51,980 nucleotides of DNA from an uncultured Candidatus Saccharibacteria bacterium (GCA_964404565.1 CAYOKK010000002.1:1-51980); one strand, 5' to 3'; positions 33,824 to 43,586 are shown, numbered from the stretch's first letter. Program-made: numbers and translations. Notes: generated by a model not told the origin, from the sequence alone.

Positions 33824-34124
33824 TTGGACTGCTATTTAGTATTTCTAACTCAATTCGCTCCGGCTGGCCTGCCAAGAGCGGCAGCGCTTTTGCAATCAAG
33901 GCCTTGGCTTCAGGATTGTCCAAAGAAGTATCGGCTTCATCTTTAGAATCCCATATTTCAAACACATGAATACAGTCCGGCTCGTCTGTATTCTTGCTGA
34001 TTGAGTATTGCTGGCAGCTCTCAAGCTGCAACGTTGCCGCTGAAGCGTGCGCGAGGATATCAGCAAGCTCGTCCGCTTTGCCGGGCTGAGTCTTGAAAGT
34101 TACGAAACGTCCGTATTTGTTCAT
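33816..34124 (-). CDS. Antibiotic-biosynthesis-monooxygenase (ABM) domain protein
   Basis: Internal ATG at 34122-34124, since the track ORF extension would run into tRNA-Gly. MNKYGRFVTFKTQPGKADEL...CIHVFEIWDSKDEADTSL. 102 aa. Confidence 0.65.
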   Translation of the reverse strand: MNKYGRFVTFKTQPGKADELADILAHASAATLQLESCQQYSISKNTDEPDCIHVFEIWDSKDEADTSLDNPEAKALIAKALPLLAGQPERIELEILNSSPNA

Positions 34125-34142
34125 GACAATTAAAAGTTTGCG

Positions 34143-34216
34143 TGGTGCGGGATACGAGAATCGAACTCGTGCCTCAACCTTGGGAAGGTCGCGTCCTGCC
34201 ACTAAACGAATCCCGC
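34143..34216 (-). tRNA. tRNA-Gly (anticodon CCC), CCA encoded
   Basis: Hand-folded: GCGGGAT-TC-GTTT-AGTGGCA-GGAC-G-CGACC-TTCCCAA-GGTTG-AGGC-ACGAG-TTCGATT-CTCGT-ATCCCGC-ACCA. Confidence 0.88.
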
Positions 34217-34229
34217 AGGGCGTCCTGAA

Positions 34230-34589
34230 TCACAGCCCGAAGAAGTCCTTCACCTTGTCCCAGAACGTAGGCGTGGGCGGCGGCGGAAGGTTCTTCTCCG
34301 GCACCACTACGATAACGGACTCGCCGGGCTTTGCAACGCCGTAGGTCTCGCGCAGCGAGGCTTCTTGGCCGCGTTCGGTCTCCAGATCATCCACCGTCTC
34401 AGAAAGGCTGGCTTTTCGCGCATCGAGCGCAGCGAGTTCCGCGCGCGTATCAGCGACAGCATTCTGGGCAATCCGCTCTTTTTGATAGATGCCGACGACC
34501 AGGAACGAGAGCCATACGACGAGCACGGCGAGAAGTGCGGTAATGCCGAGCTCGCGGAATGTCATCCGGGTCTTTCTGCGCCGTGCCAT
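34230..34589 (-). CDS. Septum formation initiator (FtsB/DivIC-like) protein
   Basis: ATG at 34587-34589 (the track start is GTG at 34595). One TM helix (ITALLAVLVVWLSFLVVGIY) followed by a coiled coil (ADTRAELAALDARKASLSETVDDLETERGQE). Confidence 0.7.
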   Translation of the reverse strand: MARRRKTRMTFRELGITALLAVLVVWLSFLVVGIYQKERIAQNAVADTRAELAALDARKASLSETVDDLETERGQEASLRETYGVAKPGESVIVVVPEKNLPPPPTPTFWDKVKDFFGL

Positions 34590-34623
34590 GACCACAGTAT
34601 ACCAAGCCGACGAGCACGCGCAG

Positions 34624-36417
34624 CTAACGGTCGCTGTCCTGCACCATCTTCATGAATACATCCTGCGGAATCTCCATCTTCGCGTGCTCGCCGCGCCGCT
34701 TCTTTCCTTTCTTCTGCTTCTCGAGAAGCTTCATCTTGCGGGTTATGTCGCCGCCGTACAGATAGCCGGTCACGTCCTTGCGAAGCGCAGAAATAGAGCG
34801 CGAGGCCACAATGCGCCCGATAGCGTGCGCCTGTATCTTCACGACGAACATCTGCCGCGGCAGGATCTGCTGCAGCTTTTCTACCATGCGCTCCCCTTCT
34901 TCGACGACGCGGCGGCGGGACACTACGCGCGCGAATGCGGGTACCGGCTCCTCGGCCACGAATATCTCGAGCTTCACCACATCTGCCGGCCGGTCATCCA
35001 GATACTCGTACGAGAGCGATGCATATCCCGAAGAGACGTTCTTCACCTTGTCGAAGAAACCGCGCATGAGCTCGCGGAGCGGCATTTCGGCAATAAGCTC
35101 TATGCGGCCGTCGCCGTACGCGTCCGTGCTCCGCACATCTCCCTCATGGTCGTGAAAAAGCTGGATCATGCCGGAGAGCGTATCGGCAGGCGTGATGAGC
35201 ACGACCTTCACCCACGGCTCCTCGATGGCTGCGGTCTCGCCGAAGGCGGGAAATTTCGACGGCGTATAGATGATGTCTCGATTTCCCTTCTTATCGGTCA
35301 CGATGTAGGCGATGGTCGGGATGGTGATGATGAGCTCGAGGCCGAACTCGCGCTTCAGGCGCTCGGTAATGATCTCGAGGTGGAGCATCCCGAGGAACCC
35401 GCAGCGGAAGCCGCGCCCGAGCATGCCGGAGGATTCTTCTTCGAAAGAGAGCGAAGAGTCTGAAAGGTTGAGCCGTTCGAGCGCCTGGCGCAGTTCGGCG
35501 AGATCGTCCTGGCTCTCGGGATAGACCGACGCCCATACCACCGGCCGCGGCTTCTCGAAACCGGAAAGGCCCTCGGTCGAACCCTGGTTGGGAATGACCG
35601 TATCGCCCACGTTCACCACGCCGGCTTTCTTTACGCCGGTCACGAGATACCCGATTTCTCCCGCCGAAAGCGATTCGGTTTCCACTTCGTCCGGCATGAA
35701 TATGCCCGTTTCCAAGGCCGTAAAGCGCTCTCCTGCAGCTGCGAAGCGAAGCACGTCGCCCTTTTTAAAAGCTCCGTCGAATACGCGCATAAAGACCGTG
35801 ATGCCGCGGTGCGTCGAGTACGAGAAGTCAAAGATAAGCGCGCGCGGGTTGCCGCTCCCCGGGCGCGGCGCAGGCACCTGGTCTACGATGGCCTGCAAGA
35901 GCTCGTCCACGCCTTCGCCGGTACGGCCCGATACTCTCAATACTGATTCGGGATCGACTGAAAGCAGCTCGGCGAGTTCGAGCGACACGTCGTCAGGGCG
36001 CGCCGCAGGCGCATCTATCTTAGATAGTACGGGAATGATAACGCAGCCTGTCTCCTGCGCCATGTGAAGCGTGGTGAGCGTTTGCGCCTGCACGCCTTGC
36101 GTCGCATCCACGAGAAGAAGGACGCCTTCCACCGCGGAAAGCGCGCGAGATACTTCATACGCAAAATCAATATGTCCCGGCGTATCGATGAGGTTCAGGG
36201 TATACGCTTCGCCGTCCTTGGCGGTGAATTTCATGCGAGCCGGCTGCATCTTGATGGTAATGCCGCGCTCGCGCTCAAGGTCCATGCGATCGAGCACCTG
36301 ATCTTTCATCTTTCGCGCTTCTATGGTGCCTGTACGCTCAAGAAGCCGATCCGCGAGGGTCGACTTTCCGTGGTCGATGTGCGCGATTATGGAAAAATTA
36401 CGAATCTTATCGGTCAT
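34624..36417 (-). CDS. lepA: Translation elongation factor 4 (LepA)
   Basis: 597 aa. IRNFSIIAHIDHGKSTLADRLL, DTPGHIDF, and the LepA-specific C-terminal domain. Confidence 0.97.
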   Translation of the reverse strand: MTDKIRNFSIIAHIDHGKSTLADRLLERTGTIEARKMKDQVLDRMDLERERGITIKMQPARMKFTAKDGEAYTLNLIDTPGHIDFAYEVSRALSAVEGVLLLVDATQGVQAQTLTTLHMAQETGCVIIPVLSKIDAPAARPDDVSLELAELLSVDPESVLRVSGRTGEGVDELLQAIVDQVPAPRPGSGNPRALIFDFSYSTHRGITVFMRVFDGAFKKGDVLRFAAAGERFTALETGIFMPDEVETESLSAGEIGYLVTGVKKAGVVNVGDTVIPNQGSTEGLSGFEKPRPVVWASVYPESQDDLAELRQALERLNLSDSSLSFEEESSGMLGRGFRCGFLGMLHLEIITERLKREFGLELIITIPTIAYIVTDKKGNRDIIYTPSKFPAFGETAAIEEPWVKVVLITPADTLSGMIQLFHDHEGDVRSTDAYGDGRIELIAEMPLRELMRGFFDKVKNVSSGYASLSYEYLDDRPADVVKLEIFVAEEPVPAFARVVSRRRVVEEGERMVEKLQQILPRQMFVVKIQAHAIGRIVASRSISALRKDVTGYLYGGDITRKMKLLEKQKKGKKRRGEHAKMEIPQDVFMKMVQDSDR

Positions 36418-38102
36418 GGCGTCTGGTCGCCCGCCGTACTGTACGGCGGCAGCGGCTTGAGCGAGGTGAGCTTCCGGAGCGATTCAATAAGGTCGCGGAA
36501 TTCACGATTCTCGAGCAGCCAAAGCATGCAGGCGGCGGCGAATAGACCAACCATACCAGCTACCAGACCTTCCGCAAACACGGTGCTGAGGCGTGTCAGC
36601 GGCGCTATATTCCCCATGAACGCAAGCGCGCCGTAGCTGGCGGCTCCTCCGAGGATAGCGGCGCCGAGGCCTTCGCAGAGCGGCCGTATGAGCGATCGCG
36701 CGACGCCGTGCGCGACGACCCGGAGCGTGAGCAGAGCGACCGTGAGCATGGCGAACTGCCCTATCGTATAGCCGAGCGCGATGAAGAGCACGGAAGAGCC
36801 CGGCACGTCGGATACGCGCAGCAGCGACTCGACAAAGTACCGGAACATCGGCCAAGCGTGCGCGGCGTGTACGAGGAAGAAGGCGGATGCCACCGATACG
36901 CCCGCATCTCCGAGCTGCACGAAGAGCGGGTTCCAAGAACGTCCGGCCGCATAGAAGGCGCGGGCGCACAGGAGAATGAGCCCCTGCGCGAGGAGCCCGA
37001 GTATGAGAACGGCGAGAACAGCCGCCGTAAGGCGCGTATCCTCCCAGTTGAAGGCGCCGGAACCGAGGATGACGCGCACTAGGTGCGCGCGCAGGACGAT
37101 GGCAAGCACCGTGATGACCGACGACCAGAATACGATATGCCGTGCCGCGACCGCGACGGTAAGCGTGAACGCTTCCTTCTTCTGCGCGCTCGCCTGCTCA
37201 GCCATTACCGGAAACGCTGCGGTCGCGTAGGATGCGGCTACGAGCGAGAGCGGCACTGCCTCAAGATTGCTCGCGAGCGTGTAGACAGCCACCGCGCCTT
37301 CCCCTTCTCGTGAGGCAAGCGCGATCAAGAGGAGCGTCGTGAGCGAACCCATCGCAAGCGCGAGGGAACGCGGGAGCGACTGGCTGAAGAGCATACGCAG
37401 TTCCGCAAAGCGCGGGACCGTAAGCTGCGGCGCGAGCCCTGCGCGAACGGCGACGGGGATATGGAGCGCCATATGGAGCAGGGCGCCGCCGAGCACGCCG
37501 AAGCCGATGCCGACGAGCCCGAAGGAAGGATACAAGAATACCGTTCCTAGGATGATGCCCAGATTATAAAGCACGGGCGAGAGCGCGAAGAGCATGAAGC
37601 GGCGCTCCACCTGCGTAATGCTTGAGAGAACGCTCGAGAGCCCGAGCAGGATCGGCTGCGCGAGGAGCATGCGCGTGAGCAAGACGAACTCCGCCTGGTG
37701 CGCAGAGCGCATGAGCGAAGGGAACAGCAGCGCAAGGAACTCTGGCGCGAAAACGGCAAGAACGCCGCAGAGCATTCCGCCGAACACCGCCAGGAAGGTC
37801 GCCGCCTGCGATACGAGGCGGCGTGCATTCTCCTTCCCTTCCGCGGAAAGGCGGCCGGTTATGGCAGGAATGAGCACGTACGCCGAGACGAGCGAAACGA
37901 CGAGCGCGTACACGAAGTCAGGGACTTTGAATGCGGCATAGTAGAGATCGAGCACCTCTCCGGCGCCGAACATATGCGCGAAAATACGGTCACGGATGAG
38001 CGCGAGCGCCTGTGAGGCAAGCGTCAAGCCGGCAAGAAGATACGCGGCCTGATGAAGGCCGCGTATCGGTGCCGTGAGGCGGGATAGGATGCGACGCACC
38101 AT
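36414..38102 (-). CDS. murJ: Lipid II flippase MurJ (MviN family)
   Basis: 562 aa, polytopic. N-terminus ALALIRDRIFAHMFGAGEVLDLYYAAFKVPDFVYALVVSLVSAYVLIPAI. ATGA overlap with the lepA start. Confidence 0.88.
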   Translation of the reverse strand: MVRRILSRLTAPIRGLHQAAYLLAGLTLASQALALIRDRIFAHMFGAGEVLDLYYAAFKVPDFVYALVVSLVSAYVLIPAITGRLSAEGKENARRLVSQAATFLAVFGGMLCGVLAVFAPEFLALLFPSLMRSAHQAEFVLLTRMLLAQPILLGLSSVLSSITQVERRFMLFALSPVLYNLGIILGTVFLYPSFGLVGIGFGVLGGALLHMALHIPVAVRAGLAPQLTVPRFAELRMLFSQSLPRSLALAMGSLTTLLLIALASREGEGAVAVYTLASNLEAVPLSLVAASYATAAFPVMAEQASAQKKEAFTLTVAVAARHIVFWSSVITVLAIVLRAHLVRVILGSGAFNWEDTRLTAAVLAVLILGLLAQGLILLCARAFYAAGRSWNPLFVQLGDAGVSVASAFFLVHAAHAWPMFRYFVESLLRVSDVPGSSVLFIALGYTIGQFAMLTVALLTLRVVAHGVARSLIRPLCEGLGAAILGGAASYGALAFMGNIAPLTRLSTVFAEGLVAGMVGLFAAACMLWLLENREFRDLIESLRKLTSLKPLPPYSTAGDQTP

Positions 38103-38142
38103 ACCCGTTATTTTACCCCAAAAAGGGCGGCTTTTGTTGTTC

Positions 38143-40590
38143 CTACTGAGCGAGTGCCGGGGACGTCGTGCTCCCCTTCGTTTCCTTTACGCTCGACTGC
38201 GGGATGCCGAGCTGGCCCTGACGCGCTGGCGGGAACGGATTCTGGCCTGCTTTGAGCGTCGCGATGTCGTCGGCGACCGCCTGCGCGTTCTCAGGCGAGA
38301 GCGCCGCAATGGCGTTCAGCTGCTCGAGCGCCTGCTGGTACATGCCCTTGGTCGAGTACGCAACGGCGAGGAAGAAGCGCGCATTCGCATACTGCGGATT
38401 CTGCTCTACTGCCTGGGAGAGCGCCTGAATAGCGCCGTCTGCGTTGCCGGTGCCCAAGCGAAGGATCCCGACCTGGAAGAGCACGCTCGGGTCGTTCGGC
38501 GCAAAGTACGCTGCGGCTTCTGCGGCCTGGAGCGCTTCCTCTGCCTTGCCCTCCTGAACCTGGAGCTGCGAGAGGAGCAGGATCGCCTGCGTGTAATCGC
38601 GCTTGAGGCCGATTGCCGTGGTCAGATCCTCTTCTGCCGCTTCCATGTTCCCCTGCGCTATCTCAAGCTGCGCGAGGACGAACGGAAGGGTCGGATTCGT
38701 TGGATTGAGCGCGATCGCCTTCTCGTAGGCCTTCTTCGCGTTCTCGTATGCGCCCTCGATCTTGAGCGGCACGACCGTCTGATAGACGCTGCCGAGCGCG
38801 ACCCAGTTCCGGTAATCGTCCGGCGCGATCTGCGTAGCGAGCGTCGCTGCCTGGATGCCGGTCGAGAGCGCTGCCTGGAACTGCTGCTGCGCCTGCGAAG
38901 GCGACAGTTCGCTGTTATTCGCAGTGATCTGCATCTGCGCGATGCTTACGCTTGCCGCGAGCCGGTATGCTTCGTCAGACGGCGCGAAGAGAAGGGAGCG
39001 GTTGATGTCAGCCGTAGCCGCGTCGAGGTTCCCTGCATTCGCCTCCTGCACGGCTTGCGCGTAGGCAACGCTGCCGAGGTAGCGCTCTACCACGACGTAC
39101 GCAGCGACTACTGACGCCAGCAAGAGGAGCGTCAGGCCGAATACGATCACGAAGCCGACACGCGGATTCCGGGCGAAGACGATACCCCACTCACGACGGC
39201 TTCCTCCGTACCGCAGCGACGATACGAAGAGGCCTGCCATGAAGAATCCTCCGAGGAGTACGACCGGGCCAGGATTCGATGCTATAGCGAGGATCAGCAC
39301 GTATGTGGCGCCCACGAACGAGGCGATGGATACGAACCGTGCGAACGGCTCTTCAGGCGCGCGGAACAGGAGCGAGCGCGCGCCGATGAAGAAGAACAGC
39401 CCGAGGAACGCGAGCCACGCCAGCGCGCCGACGATGCCGGTCGTTATGGCAGATGTCGGAATGAAGCCGATGCCGGACGAGAAGTCTACGTTCCAGAAGA
39501 TCGTGTCATTGAGCGACTTGTCGCGAAACTTGAGCCACTGGGTACCGAACGTATTCGGACCGGAACCGAAGAGCGGCGAGGACGCGTACGTGTGTCCGGC
39601 AATGTCGAAGGTCGACTGCCAAGACGGCCTCACGTCCAGATAGCTCGTGCCGAAGGCGCCCACGAGCGCCGTACCGATGGTGCTTCCGCCGATGAGGAAG
39701 AAGAGCGATACGACGAGAACGGCGAGCGGTGCCGCAAGGTTTTTCGTTTCGGTGCTGTTCGACTCAGCCTCATGGGTCGGCGTTTCGCCGGCAGAGACTT
39801 CTGAAACGCCGTCGAAATCTTCGTCAGGCGTTGAGCCGCTGCGGCGCATGATAGCCTCGATGAAGAGACCGAGCGCCGTCAGCGCGACGAGTATCCAGAT
39901 AAGGCTCGAATTGACCAGCGCGAGGACGACGAGCCCTACCGCGCCGGCGATCCATACGAAGCGCTTCGTACGCGTAGCAAGCGTAAGGAAGCGGAGCGCA
40001 AGAAGCGACACCGTAACGGCTAGGCCTATCAGCATGCCCAGGTCCGAGAACGAGCCGACCAGGTTTGCGGTAGGCGAGAACCGGCTGCTTGCCACCTGTC
40101 CCAAGATGAGGAAGATCACCTGAGCGATAAGTACAATCGCGTAGGTGACCGCCGCCACCTTGAAGAAGGTTCTGTACTGCGTCGAGCGGCGGAACGTGAG
40201 CGCTGCCAAGGTCGCGAACGCGGCGAGGATGAGCATGAAGCCGAACGTATCGGTCTCGAGCTGCGACCCGAAAAGGCTCGCTCGGATCCCTGCGCCCGAG
40301 AAGAGCGTGGAAAGCAGGTAGGCGGCTGGAACGAGCCAGAACGCGCCGATGAGCGTGATCGGCGGGACGATAATGTTCCCGCGCGTAAGGCGCGCGAGAA
40401 TGTATAGCGCAAGAGAGATGAGCGCGCCGATAGCGATCAACGACACCTTGCTATACACGAACGGGATGACTGCTGACGGTATGAAGGCCAGCGTCGCGAC
40501 CGCTCCGGTGAGGGCAAGCGCCCACACGGCGAGCGTGTCGAAGGTTATGCGTCGCGGGTGAGACGCAGAAGGGACGGTTTGTATGTCCAT
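38143..40590 (-). CDS. O-antigen-ligase-like (Wzy_C-type) polytopic membrane protein fused to a C-terminal TPR-repeat domain
   Basis: 815 aa with about 12 TM helices in the N-terminal 470 aa (SSPLFGSGPNTFGTQW motif), followed by at least 6 TPR-like repeats (e.g. AYENAKKAYEKAIALNPTNP, AIQALSQAVEQNPQYANARFFLAVAY). Confidence 0.6.
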   Translation of the reverse strand: MDIQTVPSASHPRRITFDTLAVWALALTGAVATLAFIPSAVIPFVYSKVSLIAIGALISLALYILARLTRGNIIVPPITLIGAFWLVPAAYLLSTLFSGAGIRASLFGSQLETDTFGFMLILAAFATLAALTFRRSTQYRTFFKVAAVTYAIVLIAQVIFLILGQVASSRFSPTANLVGSFSDLGMLIGLAVTVSLLALRFLTLATRTKRFVWIAGAVGLVVLALVNSSLIWILVALTALGLFIEAIMRRSGSTPDEDFDGVSEVSAGETPTHEAESNSTETKNLAAPLAVLVVSLFFLIGGSTIGTALVGAFGTSYLDVRPSWQSTFDIAGHTYASSPLFGSGPNTFGTQWLKFRDKSLNDTIFWNVDFSSGIGFIPTSAITTGIVGALAWLAFLGLFFFIGARSLLFRAPEEPFARFVSIASFVGATYVLILAIASNPGPVVLLGGFFMAGLFVSSLRYGGSRREWGIVFARNPRVGFVIVFGLTLLLLASVVAAYVVVERYLGSVAYAQAVQEANAGNLDAATADINRSLLFAPSDEAYRLAASVSIAQMQITANNSELSPSQAQQQFQAALSTGIQAATLATQIAPDDYRNWVALGSVYQTVVPLKIEGAYENAKKAYEKAIALNPTNPTLPFVLAQLEIAQGNMEAAEEDLTTAIGLKRDYTQAILLLSQLQVQEGKAEEALQAAEAAAYFAPNDPSVLFQVGILRLGTGNADGAIQALSQAVEQNPQYANARFFLAVAYSTKGMYQQALEQLNAIAALSPENAQAVADDIATLKAGQNPFPPARQGQLGIPQSSVKETKGSTTSPALAQ

Positions 40591-40764
40591 AGATACTCCG
40601 TAATTACGGGATTAACCCAGATATGCACGAGGGATTCCTGGCGCTACTTATTTTCACTACCCAGGCTCCTGCGCGCGTATCAATAATAAGAAGGCACCTA
40701 GTAAGTATACGACTGAACCGCTTCGCCGAGAGCGTCAATATGGGGACATGGATGCTTCTATGAA

Positions 40765-40799
40765 ATGAAAGGTCCGCGCGTGAAGCGCGGGCCTTTCAT
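40765..40799 (-). terminator. Terminator directly downstream of rnpB
   Basis: ATGAAAGGTCCGCGC-gtgaa-GCGCGGGCCTTTCAT, 15 bp with one G.U pair. The reverse strand is followed by TTTCATAG. Confidence 0.6.
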
Positions 40800-40801
40800 G
40801 T

Positions 40802-41172
40802 ATCTGGACTGGCACGATAAGCCGAATTCTGTACGGATGCGAAGCACCCGCGACGGCCATCTATCTGGGCCGGCAGTTGCCTGCCGGCTCGAGCGGCGCT
40901 CCGGTCACCAGTATGGCAGCCGGCACGGCCTTGCACAGAGGTAAGGATTTAGCCGTTTCAGCCTGGCGTCGCCGCCAGGACGCTCTCCGGTCTCGAAAGA
41001 GGAAGAGCACCTATCCTTTCGGAATCAGTCGTTTCTGTTCGCACCTCGCGCCTCACGGCGGACGGGTATTACCCGCTACCCTGCTGCCAGGCGGCTTCGC
41101 CGCCTGGCCTGAGTTCGGACTTTCCTCCCGGAACACAGGATGTTCCGAGCGGCCGTCTGTGCCAGTCCGTTT
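40802..41172 (-). ncRNA. rnpB: RNase P RNA, bacterial type A (ends approximate)
   Basis: The reverse strand carries the universally conserved P4 strands GGGAGGAAAGUCCGAACUC and UACAGAAUUCGGCUUAUCG, with GG/CC to AA/UU covariation that keeps pairing. P1 is formed by GGACUGGCAC (5') and GUGCCAGUCC (3'). Confidence 0.88.
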
Positions 41173-41189
41173 CTGATTATACCACGAAT

Positions 41190-43586
41190 TTAGATAATTT
41201 CACAGGCTCCGGCGACGCAGGCGAGCTCCTTCTTCAGTTCCGTCTCGTCGGCGCGCTCATACTGGATAAGCTTCGAGTAGTCGACGGTCGGGAACGTCTT
41301 CATACGACGCTCGTACTCTTCCTTAGATATCGCTTCGTACGGCGCAAGACGATACACATGGTTGTCGCGCGGAAGGAACGAGAGGCCGCCCACGTTTTCC
41401 CAGTTCGCATATACCCAGTTCGCGACCGGAATCCATTCGTCATCGCCGACCGAGATAGTCACGGACGGGTTATGCTCAGTGTAGTTCTCCTTCACGGTCT
41501 TCCAATGCTCGAGCTGATCGAGTGCGGAAAGATCGTCCTTGTATATCGCCCCCTCTGGAGATTTTACCGGGAATTCGAGCACGAACGTGTTCGCGTTCTC
41601 TTCTGTCTGGCCGACTTCCGGATAATACGGGACGCCCTGGTCGCGGAGCATCTTGAAGAGCGAGTCTGTCGCGCTGATGCGTATGCGGCGCACATAGTAC
41701 GGCGAGTGGCGCGGGTGCATGCCGCTTGAGACGCCCATGGTCTGCGACGTGGTGCCGGACGGCTTCACGCAGGTAATCGCCGTCGACGCATTGATGCCGA
41801 ACCGATCCGCATATTTCTTATTCGTCTTGAGCGTCTCGTTCCTCATCGCCTTGAGCACATCTGCTTCGCGAACGACTTTTGAATCCCACTGGCCGGTGAT
41901 GGAAACGCCGAGGAGACGCTCTTCCTGGCAGTTCTTCGTCCACTCTTCAGAAAGATAGTTGAGCTTCACCAACGTTGACTGGTACGTTCCGAGTATGGTC
42001 GCGAGCCGTGCCTTGCGGACGAGGGATGCCTTCGTGTCATCGGCGCGTGCGATCACCTCCGTGAGGTTGCAGAACTGCTTCGACTTGAGGATGATCTCGC
42101 CGCACGGGTTCGTTCCGGACGGGCCGACTACCTTGTCGTTCTTTATGTAGCCGCTCTTTTCCCAGAATTCGCGACGACGCTCTGGAAGCTGCGTCATGAG
42201 CCCGCCGCGGTTGAAGATGCCGCGCTCGCCGCTTTGCGACTTCATGAGCGCGACCCACTCGTCCATGAACTCTTCGTTTGTCGGCTTCATCAAGTACACC
42301 GCGGAATTGTTCGCGATGGAGCGGTGCGGATCGCTCATCCAGAACTGGCCTTTCTTGGCGTCACGGAGGTCGACGTCGTCGAGGTCGGAGAGAGAGATCA
42401 TGGCGCTGCGGCGTACGCCGCCAGCTACCACGCACTCGCCGATCTTGCAGATGGTGTCGTGCACGTCGATGTTGCGAAGGCGGCGGCCTTGTCGTGAAAG
42501 GATACGGCTGCGCGCGAAGGCAAGGAGGCTGCGCAGCGGCTCCGGGCCGGAGGCCTTGCCGCCCATGGTCTTCAGGCGAGCGCCTGCCGGCCGGACCTGC
42601 GAGAAGTCAAAATCTATGTCCTTCCCTTCATACCAGGTTTCCAGGCCCAGCGTGAGCGCATTGCACCACCCCTCCTTCGAATCGCCGACGACATGCGTCT
42701 TCAGCTTCTCTCCGGTTTGGAATGCGATCTGCGGAAGCTGCTGAACGTTCGCGCTCTCGACGGTGTACCCGACACCCGTACCCTGCATGGAGATATACAT
42801 GATCTCTGCGAAGTCCTTGAGGTCGGACGGGGCGATGAAAGAGCAGTTGTATGCCGGCACGTTGCAGCGCTCGACGGCTTCGCCTGCGAACTGCATGAGG
42901 CGCATGGACGGCACGATCTCTTGGTTAAGGATCGCTTGGCGGATCTCGAGGTATTCTTTCCGCGTGAGCTTGTCCCCCAAGTTCTTGTGCATGAAATTTA
43001 TATACCGGTTGACGGTCTCGACCCAGGTCTCACGGCGGCCCTGGTCAGGGATCCATTTAGAATAGCTTCGCAGATAGACGAACTCGCCGAGGGCATTATC
43101 CTTGAAGTATCCCTTGCTCTCTTCCGCGATCTTCCGGAATTCTTCCGGAATCTCGATCTGGTCCTGACGGAGCTTGTTGCGCTTGTCGCGGTAGAGGATG
43201 TACGACTTAGCAGCAGAGGTGAAGTCGTTGAGCATGAGCTGCTTCTCGACTGCGTCCTGGATACCTTCGACAGTCGGCAGGAAGTTCTTGTATTTCTTCG
43301 CAAAGCGTACGAGCTCGCCGGCGACCTGGTGTGCGACGAGGATCGCGTCTTCGCTCCCTCCTTCGTTTGCTGCAGCCATCGCCTTCTCTATGGCATAGAC
43401 GATCTTCTCGAACGAGAACGGCACTATACGGCCGTCACGCTTCTCCATCTGCGGGATAAGTTCTCGATATCGTCTCGTCTCCTTCGTTTCCGGCGTCTTA
43501 ACGGCAGGGGAAGCGGCAGAAGGAGCGGCCTTTGCTTTCTTTGTAACGCTCTTCGCGCGCACGGAGGTTTTTGCGGTTTTCGGCAT
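41190..43586 (-). CDS. nrdJ: Adenosylcobalamin-dependent (class II) ribonucleotide reductase with an N-terminal ATP-cone
   Basis: 798-aa ORF. ATP-cone KRDGRIVPFSFEKIVYAIEKA, and the active-site GTNPCGEIIL. The true start is uncertain (43586 vs 43448, see findings). Confidence 0.9.
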   Translation of the reverse strand: MPKTAKTSVRAKSVTKKAKAAPSAASPAVKTPETKETRRYRELIPQMEKRDGRIVPFSFEKIVYAIEKAMAAANEGGSEDAILVAHQVAGELVRFAKKYKNFLPTVEGIQDAVEKQLMLNDFTSAAKSYILYRDKRNKLRQDQIEIPEEFRKIAEESKGYFKDNALGEFVYLRSYSKWIPDQGRRETWVETVNRYINFMHKNLGDKLTRKEYLEIRQAILNQEIVPSMRLMQFAGEAVERCNVPAYNCSFIAPSDLKDFAEIMYISMQGTGVGYTVESANVQQLPQIAFQTGEKLKTHVVGDSKEGWCNALTLGLETWYEGKDIDFDFSQVRPAGARLKTMGGKASGPEPLRSLLAFARSRILSRQGRRLRNIDVHDTICKIGECVVAGGVRRSAMISLSDLDDVDLRDAKKGQFWMSDPHRSIANNSAVYLMKPTNEEFMDEWVALMKSQSGERGIFNRGGLMTQLPERRREFWEKSGYIKNDKVVGPSGTNPCGEIILKSKQFCNLTEVIARADDTKASLVRKARLATILGTYQSTLVKLNYLSEEWTKNCQEERLLGVSITGQWDSKVVREADVLKAMRNETLKTNKKYADRFGINASTAITCVKPSGTTSQTMGVSSGMHPRHSPYYVRRIRISATDSLFKMLRDQGVPYYPEVGQTEENANTFVLEFPVKSPEGAIYKDDLSALDQLEHWKTVKENYTEHNPSVTISVGDDEWIPVANWVYANWENVGGLSFLPRDNHVYRLAPYEAISKEEYERRMKTFPTVDYSKLIQYERADETELKKELACVAGACEII

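Noticed and set aside
40877-41176. A 99-aa forward ORF lies between the TPR-protein gene and nrdJ.
   Set aside because: The interval is occupied by RNase P RNA on the opposite strand.
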